A stretch of 64,000 nucleotides of DNA from an uncultured Nitrososphaerota archaeon (GCA_964408285.1 CAYOYV010000005.1:49235-113234); one strand, 5' to 3'. Positions 30,120 through 40,247 are shown, numbered from the stretch's first letter. Notes: generated by a model not told the origin, from the sequence alone. Made by a program: numbers and translations.

Positions 30120-32912
30120 ATGGCAGAAGCATTTGGGATCGTAGTACCTCACACTCATTGGGACAGAGAATGGTATCTGACCTACCAAGAGTACAGGCTT
30201 AGGCTTGTCAGGGTATTGGACAGGCTTTTGGAGTTGTTTGAGGCAGGATGGAGCGTTCCGTGCTTCATCATGGATGGTCAGACATCCGTCCTGGAGGACT
30301 ATCTGGAATTGCGGCCTGAAAATGAGCGCAGATTAACCAGGCTGATTTCCAAGGGAAGGCTAAAGGTTGGGCCGTGGTATACGCAACCTGATGAATTCCT
30401 GTGCTCTCCGGAATCCATGATCAGGAACCTCTTGATCGCCAGAAAGATGGCAGAAAGGAAAGGTTGGGTCATCATGGAGATCGGATATGTCCCGGACACA
30501 TTCGGGCATGTCTCTACCTTGCCAACCATCTTCAGCGGCTTCGGGCTGGACACATTTGTCTTCACAAGAGGACTTGGCGATGAAGCCAGGAAGCTGCCCC
30601 TTGAATTCATATGGGAAGCCCCGGATGGCAGCAAGCTGCTCGCCAGCTATCTATTTAGAGGATATTGCGCAATGATGGGTCTGGGATATTTGGGAGGCTC
30701 CTTTCAGTCAAGGTATGCGGAGACTCCTGAGGGATGGGGATCAGTCTACCTTGATGTGCACTATAGGGAGCCCTCAATCGACCTAGATGAGGCTCTCAAG
30801 AGAGTGCAAGGATTCACTGAGATGGCTCGGAAGAGGTCATCAACAGGGGTCCTCTTGTTTATGAATGGCTGTGATCATCTCCCCCCTCAGTCCTCAATAG
30901 CGCAAATTGTTGGGCACATCAATGCATGTAGTGATTCTGTGAGACTGAAGATGGGTTCTTTTGAGGAGTATTTCAAAGAAGTGAAGAAGAGGCTCACAAA
31001 TCCGGAAGTGCATAGGGGTGAAATGAGAGGTTGCCTCGAAATCCCTCTTCTGTGGGGTGTTACCTCGACAAGAACCTACCTCAAACAGGAGAATTACAGG
31101 GCAACATCCCTCCTTGAATCCTATGCGGAACCTCTGTTGGCAATCGCATGGTTCTTGGGAGCTGACCTTCCCGATGCTTCGGTGGAACTTGCATGGAAGC
31201 TTGTGCTTCAGAATCAAGCACATGATAGCATATACGGGACCGGCGTTGACCCTCTTCACAGGGAAAATGAATCCAGATTCCTGCAGGCAATAGGCATTGC
31301 CAGCAATCTTGCATACGATAGTCTCAGGTATATTGGAGAGAGAATGAAGAAGACTTCCGTCTCGCCATATGATTCCGAGATCGTCGTATTCAATCCCCAT
31401 CTGTGCGATCTGCCTGTCCCCGTCGTCTTCCAGGCGCAGATCCTTGACGGACCCATGGAGCTTGTTGACGACACTGGGGACAGCTTTCCTGTTCAGGCAA
31501 TTGGAAGCAGCGGAGGCAGCAGCATCGTGACTGGTCTGTCCGATGTCTGCTCAGTCTTAGTCCTGCCTCAATTCGGCATTAAGAAATTCGGACTGAGGAA
31601 ACATGCAGCGACACATTACGATCTGCCAAGAGGCCCCAGTTGGATCGAGAATGAGTATTTCAAAGTGGAGGCAGCCGCTGAGCTCGGAGGAATGCTTCGA
31701 GTCACAGACAAGGAACTTCAAAGGGTATTCGACGGATTCAATGTCTTCATTGATGAGGGAGATGCCGGGGATTCCTATGACTACTCTCCTCCCAAGGAGG
31801 ATCGCGTCATCAGAAGCGACACTGTGAGCGCAGAAGTCACATCCTATTCGGGACCAGTTAGGGCCTCGCTGCGCCTGAGGACGACCATCATGGTTCCATC
31901 TGCTTCCGATGGAAACAGAAGATCGAGCATTCTAGTGCCCCTGCCGATAATATCTGAGGTCATCCTTTGGAAAAATGTGCCGAGGATCGATTTCAAGGTG
32001 GATGTCGACAATTCGGCCAAAGACCATAGATTTCGGGTCGAATTCCCCCTGGGCTTCGAGGTCAGATCCTCAACTTCAGAGGGTCATTTCTCGGTCGTCA
32101 GCAGGTCGAAAACGCGACCTACGGGAGAGGGTTGGGTAGAGAAGCCACCCCAGACTCATCCTGCACTGAGCTGGGTCGATGCCTCGAACGGAACCCTCGG
32201 TTTGATGATTGCAAACAAGGGCACCCCCGAGTACGAACTAACCGAAGACGGAAAGAGACTGCTTATTACGCTCTTTAGGTCCATAGGTTGGCTGTCCAAG
32301 GAAGACCTTCCCATCCGCCCGGGTCATGCTGGCCCAGGTACAGAGACTCCTGACGCTCAGATGATTGGCAAATGGAGATTCGAGTACTCGGCGGTACTTC
32401 ACAGGGGTGATTGGAAGGATTCATACATGATCGCAAGAGGCTTCTCGACACCGCCATTTGCGATCACGGTCAGTTCGCTTTCCGAACGTGCCGAGACGAA
32501 TCGCTCGCCCTGCCCATGCCAGGGGAAACAGCATCCCTCCTCGAGTAGGCTGAGTTCCACAGTCGAATCCGTGCCGAAGTCTTCTTGGTCGATCTTGAGC
32601 AATGTCGGGGACGAAGTCTCCCTCACTGCCTTCAAGAAAGGAGCACCCAGGGGCTCCCTCCTCTTCAGGATAGCCGATCTGAGAGGGGAAGGCGCGAAGC
32701 CCGTTTTGATCGTCGGAACAGAAGCTCGCGCGATCAGGAATGCTGATTTCTCTGAGAAGCCAATCGGGCAGATTCCATCATCCAGAAATCAGCCCTTGCA
32801 GTTCAGCATGAAGCCAAATGAGGTCAAGACAATATTGTTCTATCCCCGGCGACCTAGAGGCCGTCCCTCGAACAGCAACGCCAGGTCCTCAAACAAAGCC
32901 AGCGCCTCCTGA
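30120..32912 (+). CDS. GH38 alpha-mannosidase
   Basis: VPHTHWDREWY, MDGQ, VGPWYTQPDEF, YVPDTFGH, NGCDH, NQAHDSIYG, GDSYDYSP. Confidence 0.92.
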   Translation: MAEAFGIVVPHTHWDREWYLTYQEYRLRLVRVLDRLLELFEAGWSVPCFIMDGQTSVLEDYLELRPENERRLTRLISKGRLKVGPWYTQPDEFLCSPESMIRNLLIARKMAERKGWVIMEIGYVPDTFGHVSTLPTIFSGFGLDTFVFTRGLGDEARKLPLEFIWEAPDGSKLLASYLFRGYCAMMGLGYLGGSFQSRYAETPEGWGSVYLDVHYREPSIDLDEALKRVQGFTEMARKRSSTGVLLFMNGCDHLPPQSSIAQIVGHINACSDSVRLKMGSFEEYFKEVKKRLTNPEVHRGEMRGCLEIPLLWGVTSTRTYLKQENYRATSLLESYAEPLLAIAWFLGADLPDASVELAWKLVLQNQAHDSIYGTGVDPLHRENESRFLQAIGIASNLAYDSLRYIGERMKKTSVSPYDSEIVVFNPHLCDLPVPVVFQAQILDGPMELVDDTGDSFPVQAIGSSGGSSIVTGLSDVCSVLVLPQFGIKKFGLRKHAATHYDLPRGPSWIENEYFKVEAAAELGGMLRVTDKELQRVFDGFNVFIDEGDAGDSYDYSPPKEDRVIRSDTVSAEVTSYSGPVRASLRLRTTIMVPSASDGNRRSSILVPLPIISEVILWKNVPRIDFKVDVDNSAKDHRFRVEFPLGFEVRSSTSEGHFSVVSRSKTRPTGEGWVEKPPQTHPALSWVDASNGTLGLMIANKGTPEYELTEDGKRLLITLFRSIGWLSKEDLPIRPGHAGPGTETPDAQMIGKWRFEYSAVLHRGDWKDSYMIARGFSTPPFAITVSSLSERAETNRSPCPCQGKQHPSSSRLSSTVESVPKSSWSILSNVGDEVSLTAFKKGAPRGSLLFRIADLRGEGAKPVLIVGTEARAIRNADFSEKPIGQIPSSRNQPLQFSMKPNEVKTILFYPRRPRGRPSNSNARSSNKASAS

Positions 32913-32917
32913 CATAG

Positions 32918-33059
32918 CCCCCTCAACCCCAAAACCCGCCCTACCCCATTCCACCCTCAACATCCCCCCGTTTCCAAAAATCGCACGAAATTCCCCCCTT
33001 CTACCCCGCCACAGATCTACGCGATCCACTAATGCAACATCCCCCAATCGCATTCCCCC
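32918..33059. repeat. C-run (plus strand) / G-run (minus strand) low-complexity tract with degenerate repeats
   Basis: About eleven C3-C6 runs in 142 nt; repeated CCCTCAAC, CAACATCCCCC and CTACCCC. Confidence 0.6.
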
Positions 33060-33692
33060 ATCTCCAGATGGGATTATATATAGATATATATGTCCTCCCC
33101 TGTGTCCTGGTCCGTTTCTATCCATCGAATGAATCATCACCTTTCCATATTTCGAACGACACTCGGGGCCACATGGCTATTCGTCCACATCAAGAATACT
33201 CAATCTTTCTGCGGTTGCATATCGCACCATGTCATTATCATTAAGCACTAATGGACCCCCTCTGTCGTCGCTAACCATGGTTCTTTACCCTCGCTTATGC
33301 CCAACGCGACCCTTCATATGATGAGCACTAATAGCAATATACCGATCAGATAGACTATTCTTGTCCGACAAACCTTGCCCCGTTTGCTCTTCGATTTCTA
33401 GTAAAGGTGTACTCCGGACGATTTTCGGAAAAGGCCATGGGGCAGGAACATCAATAGGAATTCCTGCATAAAATCTTTTATATTATCTATATTATCGCCT
33501 CGATGGCCAGCGATCGGTCCATCCGAAGGGAGGACGCGTCCATGGCCTTTAAGGCGCTGAGTGGACGAGGCTTGGGGCGGAGCCAAGAGCAGATGTACAA
33601 TCTTTCGATTTCTGGAAGGGCATCTTGTGCGTTGTGTTTGTAACCGCGATGGAAGGACAGAGGAGGAGATCAGGAAAATGGCGTTTTCTGAC

Positions 33693-33846
33693 CTAGGGCG
33701 ACGTAGGGCGAGAGGATGATAACGCAGCTCGTGGCATTCTGAAACGGAGGTTCGGAGCGGCCCAGGACATTCTGGGCGTCAGCATCCCCTGGAGCCGGAT
33801 CGCCCGATCCGTTCCTGGACATGGGTCACTACATCGTGCGCCCTAG
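33693..33846 (-). other. Candidate structured ncRNA or MITE-like element
   Basis: Terminal inverted repeats CTAGGGCG/CGCCCTAG enclosing several nested stems; no ORF. Confidence 0.35.
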
Positions 33847-33910
33847 TTTCCAATAATAAGGTCAAGTCGGTTGAGAGGACCTCAATGAGTGGCAAAAATG
33901 ATAAATAGGA

Positions 33911-34234
33911 TTGGTTGGGACGGGAATCCCGGTGGCAGACCACGGCATGATGAGCTACACATTCGGCATAATACTAGGGATCATACCTGCACTCCTATAT
34001 GGGCGAATTGGTGGTGACGAATCGATTCTGGCGAAAAGACCTGGATTGATGCGTCTGTTGCATTATGTCCACCATTGGATGTTGGGCTTGGCAATTGTCC
34101 TTATCGGCTGTCTCCTTTACTACTATGACCCATCATCGACTTTGGAGTTCGTCATAGGGGTGGGCACAGGCATGACGATAGATGATCTTCTTTTTCACAG
34201 TTTCGAAAACTATTTCCAGCGCAAGGTCAAATGA
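33911..34234 (+). CDS. Hypothetical membrane protein
   Basis: Three hydrophobic segments, HYVHHW..G and IDD motifs. Confidence 0.6.
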   Translation: MVGTGIPVADHGMMSYTFGIILGIIPALLYGRIGGDESILAKRPGLMRLLHYVHHWMLGLAIVLIGCLLYYYDPSSTLEFVIGVGTGMTIDDLLFHSFENYFQRKVK

Positions 34235-34395
34235 CTATCAAGACAAGGTGATTCTCTTCCGCCTTTCCCCAATCAGCTAACCCGGTCGATGTCGTCTTCT
34301 TTCGCAGGAAGACCCACTGTGATTCTTATGGGCATGGTTGCCGAGAATCGAACAATATACCCGCAGCAATTCGATTGAGACTTATAAGCTGATTA

Positions 34396-35442
34396 GTGAC
34401 GGAGTCCGCAAGGGAGCACAATCCCATGGACTTTCTCGGTATCGAGATACCTGACTACGGCATGGCCATAATCATAATGGGTGCTTTTCTCATCTTGGCA
34501 CAAGTGTTTCTGTATCTCATGAAGGCCTACCTCGGCAAATACGCGCGAGCGACTGCAACCGCCTTGGACGATGATCTCGTGAATGCCCTGCGGATTCCAG
34601 GCTCGTTGACCCTGTTATTCATGGGCTTTGACCTCAGTTTCCCCTATCTTCAAGCCTACATCGACCCGACGCTCGCCGACCTAATACTGAAGGTGGACGA
34701 TGCCATTCTGATTGGTTTGTTCGGATTCGTCTTCTACAGAGCCTTCAACGTCATCATCCAATGGTATGGCACCTTTGTCGCCAAGAGAACTGCGACAAGA
34801 ATAGATGACATAATAATCCCGATAATCAGAAGATTTGGAAAACTCCTCATAGCTGCCATTATTTTCATCATAGTTCTCTATATGTTCAATGTGGACATCA
34901 CGGCCCCAATAGCAGGTTTGGGTCTAGCTGGCCTCTCAGTTTCGCTTGCTGCCCAAGATACGATAGCGAACTTCATCGCAAGCGTCTTCCTTTTCACGGA
35001 CAGGCCTTTCGGTGAGGGAGATACAATCCAGCTTCCTACCGGTGAAGTCTGTGAGGTGATTGAGATAGGAGTGAGACGAACCAAGCTCTTCGATGTGAAC
35101 AGCAACAACTACATTGTCGTGACCAATTCCGATCTGGCGAAATGGAAGATCACGAATCTGACTCTTCCCACCAGAAAGCTCAGAATGAGCATCCCGATCT
35201 CCGTGGAAGCCCACCAAGATCTCGAAAAAATAAAGGAGCTAGTATTAAAGGTGGCATCCGGAAGCCCTCATGTCGCAAAGGACCCTCAACCCCAGATTCT
35301 CTGTACGGGTTTGTCCGCATTGGCCATGAAACTGGAGCTGATCGTCTATATCGATGATTTCCACGATCGATTGATCACCATGGACGAGATCTATTCCGAA
35401 GTGAAGAGAGTCTTCGCCAAGGAGAGCATCCGCTTGATCTGA
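34396..35442 (+). CDS. mscS: MscS small-conductance mechanosensitive channel
   Basis: GLGLAGLSVSLAAQDTIANF, DRPFGEGD, EIGVRRT, N..L....ITN. Confidence 0.9.
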   Translation: MTESAREHNPMDFLGIEIPDYGMAIIIMGAFLILAQVFLYLMKAYLGKYARATATALDDDLVNALRIPGSLTLLFMGFDLSFPYLQAYIDPTLADLILKVDDAILIGLFGFVFYRAFNVIIQWYGTFVAKRTATRIDDIIIPIIRRFGKLLIAAIIFIIVLYMFNVDITAPIAGLGLAGLSVSLAAQDTIANFIASVFLFTDRPFGEGDTIQLPTGEVCEVIEIGVRRTKLFDVNSNNYIVVTNSDLAKWKITNLTLPTRKLRMSIPISVEAHQDLEKIKELVLKVASGSPHVAKDPQPQILCTGLSALAMKLELIVYIDDFHDRLITMDEIYSEVKRVFAKESIRLI

Positions 35443-35528
35443 AGGAGCTGGGAACACCTCCTGTCAGATGGGGAAAAACAGATGGGATCAGGCTCCTAAA
35501 AGCTGATTCATGATGCTTCCGCCCCCAT

Positions 35529-37346
35529 TCACCTGACTCCTCCTCCGCCTCCACCGAATCCCCCGCCGCCTCCGAAACCTCCTCCACCGCCACCCATGCC
35601 TCCCCCTCCTCGAGAGCTCTTGGGAGCCACCCAGGTCACGATTGGATGGAAGGTTGTATACATCCTTGGTACGAATTCGGCCATTTCAACCGGAACATTG
35701 AGTACCTTCATGGCTTCTGCTACCTTATCACCAACGCCAAGGGCCGTCCCATATGCAAGCCACTCCCCCCACATTGCTAGATCCTGAGGTGCATATTGCC
35801 TGATTAGAGCGAGGTCAGAAAGGAAGCTCCTGAATGCGTCCCACTCCAATCTCTCCTTGTATGTATCCTTCTTCCATTTTCCAAACAATGTTGATGGAAA
35901 GGCCATCGCGATAATTGTCTGAGCCAGCGGAATGAGCGACATGAAATGCGATTCTCCCCACGACAAATATGGCAGGACAGGAATCATCTCTTCTGCTAGG
36001 AACCCCCCAATGAATAAAACGATCGGCAGGGGAAGGAATGCCAAAAGCTTCTTTCTCCCCTCCTCTACGAACTCACTTCCGACTTCCGGATCCGCTTTAT
36101 GGAATAAGTAGACATAGTCCCTTTGCATCTCCATCAGGAATCCGTAGCTTCTCTCTGATGATTGAGCACGAATCAGCTCCTTGAGCTTGTCAGATTCAAC
36201 CACTCCATCTACGCTCATTTTCTGTAGGAAGCCGAGGGCTCTGAGTTCGTAGTGGTCTCCGTGGTTTGGATCGAGTACCTTGATCGACAAAGAGTCCCCG
36301 TGACTCGATATCTTGATCTTGCCCTTCATGTGGAGATCCAACAGAGTGGCATAGAATCCATTTTGATCGAAGTCAAACGCATCATCGCTGAATACCAAAT
36401 TGACGAGCCAAGGTTTTCTATCCTTGTTCGGCACGAAGCTAAGGTAAGAAGGAACCACGAACATCCGTTCTCTTCCGAACAGAAAATAGACTACAATGAA
36501 TAATGCAGGATATACGAACATCAGGACTACCGGCGCCATGTTGACAAGAAGTGCAACATAATACTGGGCAGAGTATGCCAGATTCGCCTGGTCCGTCTGC
36601 CCCTTGACATCATTCATTGGTGTTGAGAATGACGCCAGGAGCTTCAGAACGTCCTTCTTAAGGAGCATCTCAATTTCGATCATCTCATTTCTGGCGGCAG
36701 TTCCCGATATGATGACCCTATCCCCGTTCTTCGTCACCTTCAATAGAGGAGGATGTGGATATAGCTCTACAATGTATTCGGCATCCTCCAGAACTATCCT
36801 GACATCTCGATACGGGATATGCTCGTTTGCCAACTTCAAGTTGAGATGAACTAGGTTCTGATCATTCTGAGTCGGCGGGAATATCCTGAATCTGTACGTG
36901 ACTGCGTAAATCCCGGCCGACAGCCTTTCTGGCTTATAGCAACCTACCTCATTTGACACTGCCAATTGCGCTATCGCACTCACAATGGCGGGATTCCGGT
37001 CATACGGCGGATCGACCCAAACGGAACCTTCGTTGTCCTTCATGTATCTTACTAGGCCTTCGGGAGCAGATATGGACAGCAACCTTATGTACGGTTCGTT
37101 GAGCTTGTCCCTTGTAAGAGGGGCCTCCCATGTCCTATACAGCATCCTGTATCTCCCTGAGACTCCTATATTGTAGAGGTAGTCCTCAACAAGGGTCCCA
37201 TTCGCAAAGAGGGTAGCGTGATATTCATCTGCAGCTACACGTTCCTCCTCAATTCCCCCGGCAACGAATCTTGTGAGGGAGAATCCGATAGCTCCTACTG
37301 CTACGGTGATGATGACGAGTGCCGAAATGAGCTTGGTCTCAGACAA
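35529..37346 (-). CDS. DUF2207 family membrane protein
   Basis: Extracellular domain, ATLLDL, W.AFRSFL, WGEWLAYGTALGV, Gly-rich C-terminus; follows lemA. Confidence 0.85.
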   Translation of the reverse strand: MSETKLISALVIITVAVGAIGFSLTRFVAGGIEEERVAADEYHATLFANGTLVEDYLYNIGVSGRYRMLYRTWEAPLTRDKLNEPYIRLLSISAPEGLVRYMKDNEGSVWVDPPYDRNPAIVSAIAQLAVSNEVGCYKPERLSAGIYAVTYRFRIFPPTQNDQNLVHLNLKLANEHIPYRDVRIVLEDAEYIVELYPHPPLLKVTKNGDRVIISGTAARNEMIEIEMLLKKDVLKLLASFSTPMNDVKGQTDQANLAYSAQYYVALLVNMAPVVLMFVYPALFIVVYFLFGRERMFVVPSYLSFVPNKDRKPWLVNLVFSDDAFDFDQNGFYATLLDLHMKGKIKISSHGDSLSIKVLDPNHGDHYELRALGFLQKMSVDGVVESDKLKELIRAQSSERSYGFLMEMQRDYVYLFHKADPEVGSEFVEEGRKKLLAFLPLPIVLFIGGFLAEEMIPVLPYLSWGESHFMSLIPLAQTIIAMAFPSTLFGKWKKDTYKERLEWDAFRSFLSDLALIRQYAPQDLAMWGEWLAYGTALGVGDKVAEAMKVLNVPVEMAEFVPRMYTTFHPIVTWVAPKSSRGGGGMGGGGGGFGGGGGFGGGGGGVR

Positions 37347-37357
37347 TCTCCCCTCAC

Positions 37358-37921
37358 TTAGAACTCTATCTTCGGCGGCTTCTCAATCTCTTCCTCGAAC
37401 TTGAGATAATCCATTCTTCCTAGCCCCGTAAGACCGGCCACGAATTTAGATGGAACCGTGTCCATCATTATGTTGAATTGCTGGATTATGTTGTTATAGG
37501 TGTATCTTTGCCTTGCTATTTCGTCCTCGACGCTCTTCACAGAATCCATAAGATTCGTGACCGTGCCTGATGTTTTTAGATCAGGATACGCCTCCGCGAC
37601 TGCAACTATGTTGCCGAATATCCGCCTCGACTCGCGGTCTATCTCACCCAAATCGGTGGCCCCTGCTTTGGCTATCCCGCTCCTTAGGCTCGTTACCTTT
37701 TCCAGAACCTCTCTTTCGAATCTTGCATAGCTTTTGACCGAATCAAGCAACTGCTCGATCATGTCAAGTCTCTTCTTCATCGCGACCCTAATCTGACCAA
37801 GAGTGGCATCGGCTGAATTCTTCAGGCTGAAGAACCTGTTATAGATTCCTATGACGTAGAGAATCACAAGAATGGCGATGAGCGCAACGAATCCTATTAT
37901 GGCAAGTGATAACAAGTCCAT
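37358..37921 (-). CDS. lemA: LemA family protein
   Basis: N-terminal TM, YN, KKRLDMI, AVAEAYPDLK, EDEIARQRYTYN. Confidence 0.92.
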   Translation of the reverse strand: MDLLSLAIIGFVALIAILVILYVIGIYNRFFSLKNSADATLGQIRVAMKKRLDMIEQLLDSVKSYARFEREVLEKVTSLRSGIAKAGATDLGEIDRESRRIFGNIVAVAEAYPDLKTSGTVTNLMDSVKSVEDEIARQRYTYNNIIQQFNIMMDTVPSKFVAGLTGLGRMDYLKFEEEIEKPPKIEF

Positions 37922-37927
37922 TTCCCT

Positions 37928-38821
37928 TTACCTCGCGGTGCGAACGTGCCACATCCTCTTAAAGCTTGCTTCATCAGGATTGCCCCCGTGACTATTGTCA
38001 GGAAGGACGACAGTTGCCTGCAGACCTTGATTGCCTGATGACGGTTTGGACCTTATGCTCAGAACAAGTATGATGAATAGAATCAAACAGGAAAATACAG
38101 GTATAGTAACAGAAACAGGCAGACCGAGAATTGATGTGAGCAAGTCACTTTCCTGGGATTCAGACGCAGGATAGTCACCTAGTTCGCCTTCGGCGTAATA
38201 TCTCACCAGCTCCATATAACGTGTCCAATTCCAGTTCCCACCGGGGTCATAGTGATGGCTTGCTCCCCCTCCCAGATTGACATTCTTCGGATCAGGAACT
38301 TGGTCATGACCTATGATTCCACTGCCTTTCGAAGGGTCTGCTGGGGCAAGACCGATAGGGTGATTCAAAGATATGTTATATTTTCTCACGAGGTATCCCA
38401 CCATCTTGGCTGATCCACGGTATTCCTTGTCGGTGAACAGATCCTGATCCGCATAGCCAGCGTGCTCAATTCCTATCGAGTGTTCGTTGTAGGCCCAATT
38501 CCCCGCGTGCCAAGCTATGTCCTTGTCCCTGACCATCTGATAGATATTCCCCTCATAGTCCACCACATAGTGGGAACTGGCCTTCGCTCTGATATCCTTG
38601 AACCAATTCATTGCTGCCTGCGCAGTGCCTTCTATATCGTGTATCACTATCCATCTTATAATCAATCCGTTGGATTCCCTATCGCTCTCCGTGAAATTCG
38701 AGCTCAGCGCGGGCTCCCACTCAGCGCCGGGATAATCCGTGCTTGATGATATGGCAAAACCTAGGAGCATCATCCCCAAGAGAAGAAGAGCGATTGATAC
38801 GACTGCCCGAACCGATCCCAC
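37928..38821 (-). CDS. Membrane-anchored N-acetylmuramoyl-L-alanine amidase (Amidase_2)
   Basis: Signal/anchor, IVIHD, SSHYVVD, AWHAG, NEHSIGIEH, IIGHDQV, HYDPG..W.W; C-terminal TM helix. Confidence 0.9.
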   Translation of the reverse strand: MGSVRAVVSIALLLLGMMLLGFAISSSTDYPGAEWEPALSSNFTESDRESNGLIIRWIVIHDIEGTAQAAMNWFKDIRAKASSHYVVDYEGNIYQMVRDKDIAWHAGNWAYNEHSIGIEHAGYADQDLFTDKEYRGSAKMVGYLVRKYNISLNHPIGLAPADPSKGSGIIGHDQVPDPKNVNLGGGASHHYDPGGNWNWTRYMELVRYYAEGELGDYPASESQESDLLTSILGLPVSVTIPVFSCLILFIILVLSIRSKPSSGNQGLQATVVLPDNSHGGNPDEASFKRMWHVRTAR

Positions 38822-38914
38822 GATCGGATTGGTTGCTTTGCCTCTAATAAGAATTGCGATTCAGCGCTGCAATCTAACGTTAAAATAGTTGCCAGAGAAA
38901 TCCCTCTGGCATCA

Positions 38915-40210
38915 ATGAGCCCATCATGCACCGAAATCGCCAGTTTCGAAGCGGGCTTGCTCTTGCTGCTTGTGCTTGTGGCTGTGGCTCGGACTTGCCA
39001 TCCAGATGCGGGATCCTTCGTGGCAGAAGTCTGGTTGGGGATGTATAGCGATAACTGGTCAAGTGACAAGCAAACTTGGTCGAAGCAAGTTGACGAGCGA
39101 TTCAGTTCTCTGAGGGAGGCCGGGATCGATGCAATTTATTTCATGGTGAAGGACCCTTGGGGATATGTATATTATGAATCGAAGTATGCTCCATTATCTT
39201 CGAAGTACAGCTGGGATCTCTTGAAGGAAGTCCTTGAGAAGGCGAAATCGTACAATCTGAAGATCTATCCCTACGTAAACGCTCTCGCTGAGGGCGAATC
39301 CCAACCTGGTTTCTATCTAAATGCTCATCCAGAGATGGCAATCCTTTCTACCTCAGATGAAAGAGGATGGGTGGATCCTTCGAGTACTGAGTACATTGAC
39401 AGATTGGTCTCAATCGTGGAGGAGATAGCGACGAACTATGATATCGATGGTATTCAGTTGGATAGAATCAGAATGCCGGGGAGGGTAATCAGAGCGAAGG
39501 CCAGTCAGGAACTCTACAAGCAATTGACAGGCCTGTCCCCTCAAGACGATGATACGAAATGGCAAGACTTCATGAGAGAACGGGTTACGCAGGTGGTCGT
39601 ACGAGTTAAGGAAAGACTGAAAGCCATAGACCGCGACCTCAGATTCTCAGTTGCCGTTTTTCCCTCTCCCTTGAGTGCTCGGACAAACCAACTCCAAGAC
39701 TGGACTAGATGGGTCAAAGAAGGTTATGTGGACTATGTCTGCACAATGGCATATGCCCAAGGAATCATGACCTTCAAGTCCTATGTAGATGAGGAAATGA
39801 AGGAGTCAACTCCCTCTAGGCTTCATGTGGGCATTGCTGCCTATCTTCTGGGAGCAGCCGATTTGAGCCTTCAGATGAAATATGTTGTTCTTGATTCTGG
39901 TTTGCCTGCAGTTGTCTTCTTCAATGGGGACGCCCTAACGTCGAACAAAGATCTCCTGAGCGCAATAGCGAAAGGAAAGGAGGGTCAATTTGAAAAAGAA
40001 TCTCCATATGGATTTCTCCTTACGGGGGCTGGTATTGCAGCCATTGCGGGAGTCCTTGCCGTCTTCCTGCTTGCTAGGAGGAGAAGGAAACCTGCCAACC
40101 TGATTGCTGCTGCACTTCCCTCACATGCTGCTTGGTTCATCTTGTCAGGGACGGGAACGGACCCGGTTTCATCACAGGTCCCCTACGCCAAGGCAGGACA
40201 TAGTAACTAA
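38915..40210 (+). CDS. Membrane-anchored GHL10 family glycosyl hydrolase
   Basis: Hydrophobic N-terminus, WVDP, YDIDGIQLDRIR, FSVAVF, QDWTRW..EGYVDYVCTMAY; C-terminal TM followed by RRRRK. Confidence 0.82.
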   Translation: MSPSCTEIASFEAGLLLLLVLVAVARTCHPDAGSFVAEVWLGMYSDNWSSDKQTWSKQVDERFSSLREAGIDAIYFMVKDPWGYVYYESKYAPLSSKYSWDLLKEVLEKAKSYNLKIYPYVNALAEGESQPGFYLNAHPEMAILSTSDERGWVDPSSTEYIDRLVSIVEEIATNYDIDGIQLDRIRMPGRVIRAKASQELYKQLTGLSPQDDDTKWQDFMRERVTQVVVRVKERLKAIDRDLRFSVAVFPSPLSARTNQLQDWTRWVKEGYVDYVCTMAYAQGIMTFKSYVDEEMKESTPSRLHVGIAAYLLGAADLSLQMKYVVLDSGLPAVVFFNGDALTSNKDLLSAIAKGKEGQFEKESPYGFLLTGAGIAAIAGVLAVFLLARRRRKPANLIAAALPSHAAWFILSGTGTDPVSSQVPYAKAGHSN

Positions 40211-40247
40211 AGGAAGCATTAGGTCTGTAAGAGTTAAATCATCGAGT

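Noticed and set aside
32889-33140. 83-aa Gly/Arg-rich ORF
   Set aside because: Explained by the G-run composition, with no recognisable domain; left uncalled.
32913-33900. Replication origin
   Set aside because: Only one partial ORB-like string, no repeated ORBs and no cdc6/orc1 nearby.
35535-35610. CCN/GGN repeat tract
   Set aside because: It encodes the normal Gly-rich tail of DUF2207.
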